This document shows, in pieces, positions 23,284-26,875 of a DNA stretch of 26,875 nt. The DNA comes from a virus (Duplodnaviria > Caudoviricetes). The notes beneath the pieces were generated by a model that worked only from the letters and a program-made list of their open reading frames with translations, was not told where the DNA came from and made no database searches. Every line of letters begins with the position of its first letter. Position 1 is the stretch's first letter. A program made the translations under genes and the position numbers. The stretch covers positions 1 through 26,875 of the IMG/VR virus record IMGVR_UViG_3300044448_007439. One strand, 5' to 3'.

Positions 23284-23749
23284 AGAAGCTCAAGAAGCGT
23301 TCCAGAATTACTTGTTTCGAGTGATGAGCGACATGAAAGATTACGACACGTCGACTCAGATAGATGTGTTGAGACGAATCCGTCAAACAATCACAGACTT
23401 AAAGCTTTTGGAAAGCGACGTCGTGCAAGCAATAGCTAAAGGTCAACCGGCAGGCTCGATTACTGGCGAAGCTGCAGAAGTAACGTACTCACAGAAGTCA
23501 GTGAAGTGGGATCGCCCTGCAGCACAAAACGCAATTCTCCGACTCGAACGTGACATCGCTGTCACTGAAGATTTTGCTGTCGACCCTGACACCGGAGAGA
23601 AAGTACCGACATGGGACCAAGCCGTAAAAGTCATACAGAAGTACTGGCTGCTCGGCAATCCCCGCACGACTCCAATGAAAGAAGCTGGGATAGAACCGAA
23701 TGACTTCAGAGACTCAGACGGTTGGAACGTCGGAGTAAAACTGACATGA
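23270..23749 (+). CDS. Hypothetical protein
   Basis: 159-aa ORF within a tightly packed operon. Confidence 0.7.
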   Translation: MTVHKEAQEAFQNYLFRVMSDMKDYDTSTQIDVLRRIRQTITDLKLLESDVVQAIAKGQPAGSITGEAAEVTYSQKSVKWDRPAAQNAILRLERDIAVTEDFAVDPDTGEKVPTWDQAVKVIQKYWLLGNPRTTPMKEAGIEPNDFRDSDGWNVGVKLT

Positions 23750-24006
23750 ACGAAATGCGGAAGATGCACCAAGAGATAGAGAACTGCGAGCGTTGCGGTT
23801 CGACTCAGGGTCTCCAAGTGCATCATCGAAAGCTCCGCAAGCAAGGCGGCACCAACGACAGAGCGAACCTAATCATGCTCTGTATGGCTTGCCACAATTA
23901 CACTCACGCAAATCCGGCGTGGTCCAGAGAAACCGGATTACTGATCTCGGCTTATGCCGATAACCCAACCGAGCGGTGGATGCCGTCAACGACAGATCGT
24001 TTTTGA
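23746..24006 (+). CDS. HNH endonuclease
   Basis: CERC...VHHRK...GG.N...NL..LC..CH...H; ATGA overlap. Confidence 0.85.
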   Translation: MNEMRKMHQEIENCERCGSTQGLQVHHRKLRKQGGTNDRANLIMLCMACHNYTHANPAWSRETGLLISAYADNPTERWMPSTTDRF

Positions 24007-24047
24007 TGTCCCACCCCGCTCATACAATCTCTTTGGAAGGAGAAAAT

Positions 24048-24791
24048 ATGGAAATACAAACAATCAACGAACAACAACGACACTTCGAGTTAGTGATGCA
24101 GCAAGCAGAGTTGCTTGCGTCACCGAAGAACTCGATTGTGCCAGCGGCTTACCGCAATAACCCGTCGAACATAGTTGCTGCCGGTTTATTCGGTCGAGCT
24201 TTCGGCTGGGACGTAATGACTTCGATGATGAACATTCACGTCATCGACGGTACAGCGTCAATGAAACCAGAAGCCATGCTTGGACTGGTTCGCAGAGCCG
24301 GTCACTCGGTTGAGATCAGCATTCACCCGGACGGAGCAGTCGCAGTCGGGAAGCGCGCTGATACTGGCGACGAGCACACGGCACAGTTCACGATGGGCGA
24401 TGCCATGAATGCAGGACTTGATGGTAAGAGGAATTGGAAGCAATACCCAGAGGCCATGCTGCAGTGGAGAGCCGTGTCGAAACTTTGTCGATCATTGTTC
24501 TCCGACGTTGTGTTGGGGATCGGTTATGTGCCCGAGGAACTTGGTGAAGAAACTGGGCCAGACGGCGTTCCGGTTGAACTCGATATGTTCGTGACCTCTG
24601 CTGATGCGAAGCAACAACTCATCGATGTGTTCGGTAAGGAAGAAGCAATCGAACGTTGGGGCGATCGTGGCAACAACGACTTACGACAAAGTGAGTTGGA
24701 TGAACTAATGATTGTCGACGAGTTTATTATTCTGGATGTACCAGAAGTAATTGAAACACCTATAACGGAAGAAGAAACAAATGTCGTTTAA
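24048..24791 (+). CDS. RecT-like single-strand annealing protein
   Basis: VP.AYR.NP.N, NIHVIDG, GLVRRAGH, FT..DA..AGL, NWKQYP.AML..RA; next to ssb; ATG at 24048 after GGAAGGAG. Confidence 0.72.
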   Translation: MEIQTINEQQRHFELVMQQAELLASPKNSIVPAAYRNNPSNIVAAGLFGRAFGWDVMTSMMNIHVIDGTASMKPEAMLGLVRRAGHSVEISIHPDGAVAVGKRADTGDEHTAQFTMGDAMNAGLDGKRNWKQYPEAMLQWRAVSKLCRSLFSDVVLGIGYVPEELGEETGPDGVPVELDMFVTSADAKQQLIDVFGKEEAIERWGDRGNNDLRQSELDELMIVDEFIILDVPEVIETPITEEETNVV

Positions 24792-25185
24792 CAACAACGT
24801 TTATGTCACTGGCAATTTGACTAGAGACCCGGAGCTACGGTTCACGGCGCAAGGCGCTCCGCTTTGCAATTTCGGAATTGCATGGAATCAGCGGAAACAA
24901 AACGGTGAGGAAGTAGCACACTTTTTTGATTGCACTGCGTGGCGTGATCTTGCAGAGAACATCGCTGAGTCATTCAAACGAGGCGACCGGGTCAACATTC
25001 AAGGACGTCTTGATTTCCAAAAATGGGAAACCGACGGCAAGACGAATACGAAAGTATCGATCGTTGTCGAAGAAGCAGGACCGTCAACTCAATGGGCGAC
25101 AACTTCCCAAATGAAGCAGACTCGAGCAGAGACCTCCAGCCCAGAACGAGCAGCACCACCGATTCCTGACGAAGAGCCGTTCTAA
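24781..25185 (+). CDS. ssb: Single-stranded DNA-binding protein
   Basis: GNLTRDPELRFT, F.C.AWR.LAEN..ES..RGDRV...GRL, acidic C-terminal DEEPF. Confidence 0.95.
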   Translation: MSFNNNVYVTGNLTRDPELRFTAQGAPLCNFGIAWNQRKQNGEEVAHFFDCTAWRDLAENIAESFKRGDRVNIQGRLDFQKWETDGKTNTKVSIVVEEAGPSTQWATTSQMKQTRAETSSPERAAPPIPDEEPF

Positions 25186-25574
25186 TGAGCCAAGCATCAT
25201 TGTGGGATCAGGTCGGCGGCAAAGTATCTGACGCCCATCCAGTCACTAGCCATGTCGCTGCATCACGGGTGAAATCTGGTACGCAGAAAGCGCAAGCTCT
25301 AATCGCTTTGAAAGCTGTTTACCCCGAGGGCTTGACGGCGTTTCAACTCGCTGACCATATTGTCGATGGATCAGGACGCAACATCTCTCGGAATCAAGCA
25401 GCGACTCGACTCGGGGAAATCCGTGACAACGGTTGGGCCGAACTAAAGCTCAACGGGGCCGGACTGCCAGAAGAGCGAGCTACGACTCCGGGTAACACCG
25501 GGCAGGTCTACAAGCTCACCGACATTGGGTATCGAACGGCGGTGGGTGTGAACGCGGAAAAGCGCCCTCAGTGA
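25185..25574 (+). CDS. Putative winged-helix DNA-binding protein
   Basis: TSH.AA, GLTAFQLA, RLGEI...GW pattern. Confidence 0.55.
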   Translation: MSQASLWDQVGGKVSDAHPVTSHVAASRVKSGTQKAQALIALKAVYPEGLTAFQLADHIVDGSGRNISRNQAATRLGEIRDNGWAELKLNGAGLPEERATTPGNTGQVYKLTDIGYRTAVGVNAEKRPQ

Positions 25575-25581
25575 GAGCGCT
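25557..25581 (-). terminator. Putative intrinsic terminator after the inverted gene 25598-25810
   Basis: Minus strand AGCGCTCTC-ACT-GAGGGCGCT-TTT; lies between convergent genes. Confidence 0.55.
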
Positions 25582-25597
25582 CTCCGATTGGTTGAGG

Positions 25598-25810
25598 TTA
25601 GACGTAGGTTAGGATGAACTCACCGGCGTCGTTCTCGCGAATTTCACCGGGTCGGGACCAACCGAAGTCGTGTCCCCTCGCCATCTTGCTACTGGCATTG
25701 GCATATACGGTTGGTAGCCAAGCCTCTGCCTCCTCAAGAGTGGCGAAAGTCATCCAGCCAACCTTGCAACCGAAGTGGCGGCGAAGTGGCTCTGGTAACT
25801 TGTGTTCCAT
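25598..25810 (-). CDS. Hypothetical protein in a stand-alone inverted cassette
   Basis: 70-aa ORF with its own consensus promoter, GGAAGGAGG RBS and downstream hairpin. Confidence 0.75.
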   Translation of the reverse strand: MEHKLPEPLRRHFGCKVGWMTFATLEEAEAWLPTVYANASSKMARGHDFGWSRPGEIRENDAGEFILTYV

Positions 25811-25836
25811 ATCTCACCTCCCTCCTTCCAGTATTC

Positions 25837-25865
25837 ATTATAGCATAGATATATTGGAGTGTCAA
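25837..25865 (-). promoter_or_regulatory. Perfect consensus promoter TTGACA-N17-TATAAT with extended TG
   Basis: Minus strand reads TTGACA ctccaatatatctatgc TATAAT gaatact GGAAGGAG. Confidence 0.88.
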
Positions 25866-26218
25866 TGAGTCGCCCGTGGTCACCAGCCGAACTCGAGGAA
25901 CGAGCATTCAAGATACGGCGCGAGATAGACGAAGTAGTCACCAGCCTTCTTCAACTAGCAAGCGCTCAAGCTGGCGCAGTCAGAGACTACAAACTCGCTA
26001 AAGCAAAAGCGTTTCTTGAAGCTCGGGCGCGTCACCCTAAAGACACCGTGGACGAACGGCGAGCGCGAGTCGACGAACAAACCGCCGACCTCGAGTTTGA
26101 AGCCACAGTAGCTGAAGAGGCTTACCGCACTGCTCGGGAAAGAATCCGAGTTGGGTTAGCTGAGATTGATTTGCTTCGAACGATGATTGTCTCTCACCGT
26201 CGTTTAGTTGAGGACTAG
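25865..26218 (+). CDS. Coiled-coil hypothetical protein
   Basis: MSRPWSPAEL...; helical, Ala/Glu/Arg-rich. Confidence 0.65.
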   Translation: MSRPWSPAELEERAFKIRREIDEVVTSLLQLASAQAGAVRDYKLAKAKAFLEARARHPKDTVDERRARVDEQTADLEFEATVAEEAYRTARERIRVGLAEIDLLRTMIVSHRRLVED

Positions 26219-26427
26219 CCTTCCGTCACTCGACAAAAGCTAGCTGACTCGTCGCCAGTCTTGCGAGCAGTGATGGCCTTCGCTATTGCTACTAGTCCAG
26301 CTATTGCTCCCACTTTCACACTGTCCAGCAGATTTGGTCCCGGCACAAGAAAAGCTGCCGCCCACGCTTGCATCGCAGTTGAAACTGCTCGCTCTAGTAC
26401 GTCCATAAGAAATGCTTTTTGAAACAT
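26215..26427 (-). CDS. Holin (r1t-like)
   Basis: AF..D.LERAV.T..QA with two hydrophobic segments; follows the endolysin; AGGAG RBS. Confidence 0.8.
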   Translation of the reverse strand: MFQKAFLMDVLERAVSTAMQAWAAAFLVPGPNLLDSVKVGAIAGLVAIAKAITARKTGDESASFCRVTEG

Positions 26428-26435
26428 CGATACTC

Positions 26436-26875
26436 CTAGTTGTTCGTAAGTGCCGACCACGTCTTGGGGCCAATGCGGCCGTCTTTCGAAAGACGTCTAC
26501 GCTCTTGGAATTGCTTAGTTGCTCTTTCTGACTTTTTCCCAAATACTCCGTCGATAAGCCGGACACCGAGATGTTCTTGACACCATCGTACATCGGGACC
26601 ACGACTGCCGCGCTTGATAACCCGACCCGGATATGGGCGAGCCTCAGTCGTCACGACCGGGCGGGTCTGCTTGGCTCGAAGCCGAGACCACGTCTGCTTG
26701 CCCACAATGCCATCAACAGTTAAACGGTTTTTACGTTGGAAGCGACGAACTGCTAAATCTGTCGTAGCTTGAAATGAGCCATCAACACTGATTTTGTAGC
26801 CGATCGAGTTGAGCGCTTTCTGCAACGTCACAACATGGTCGCCCTTATCGCCCTTGCGCAAAGTAGCGCTGGCGT
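26436..26875 (-). CDS. Endolysin C-terminal region with two peptidoglycan-binding (PG_binding_1-like) repeats; N-terminus beyond the window
   Basis: LRKGDKG..V..LQ..L...G....VDG.F...T..AV..FQ....L.VDGIVG.QTW repeated twice; frame open to the window edge. Confidence 0.88.
   Translation of the reverse strand, partial: ASATLRKGDKGDHVVTLQKALNSIGYKISVDGSFQATTDLAVRRFQRKNRLTVDGIVGKQTWSRLRAKQTRPVVTTEARPYPGRVIKRGSRGPDVRWCQEHLGVRLIDGVFGKKSERATKQFQERRRLSKDGRIGPKTWSALTNN

Noticed and set aside
1-26875. tRNA, rRNA, integrase, transposase or reverse transcriptase
   Set aside because: None recognised by eye; intergenic space is minimal, although a tRNAscan/Infernal run would be needed to exclude small RNAs

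Overview
A 26.9-kb fragment of a tailed dsDNA bacteriophage or prophage. An actinobacterial host is probable (r1t-type holin, actinobacterial-style SSB, recurring GGAAGGAG ribosome-binding sites), but this is inference. Bases 1-22574 are read almost entirely on the minus strand. That run contains a lambda-O-like replication initiator with an internal four-iteron origin, a putative helicase loader, an HTH protein, small and large terminase, a portal, and a MuF head protein with a C-terminal HExxH metallopeptidase. It continues with a ~1960-aa multi-effector protein, a nonulosonic-acid-type sugar pathway (NeuA/PseG-like fusion, GalE-like epimerase, NeuB), a DNA methyltransferase, a lipoprotein transglycosylase and many small promoter-led genes. 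Bases 22684-26218 are mostly plus strand (HNH, RecT-like, SSB). Holin and the endolysin C-terminus lie on the minus strand at the right end. The standout is the giant protein at 8379-14264. It carries a zeta-toxin-like kinase, three VIP2-like ADP-ribosyltransferases, a GNAT acetyltransferase and a C-terminal unknown domain. Each of these six modules is preceded by the same 13-aa tag, KHPGHxDQKxHGR, and domain boundaries carry hydrophobic-x-K|(A/S/H/Q) motifs. This suggests a head-packaged polyprotein that is cleaved into individually tagged effectors. All family assignments come from motif recognition by eye, not from database searches.
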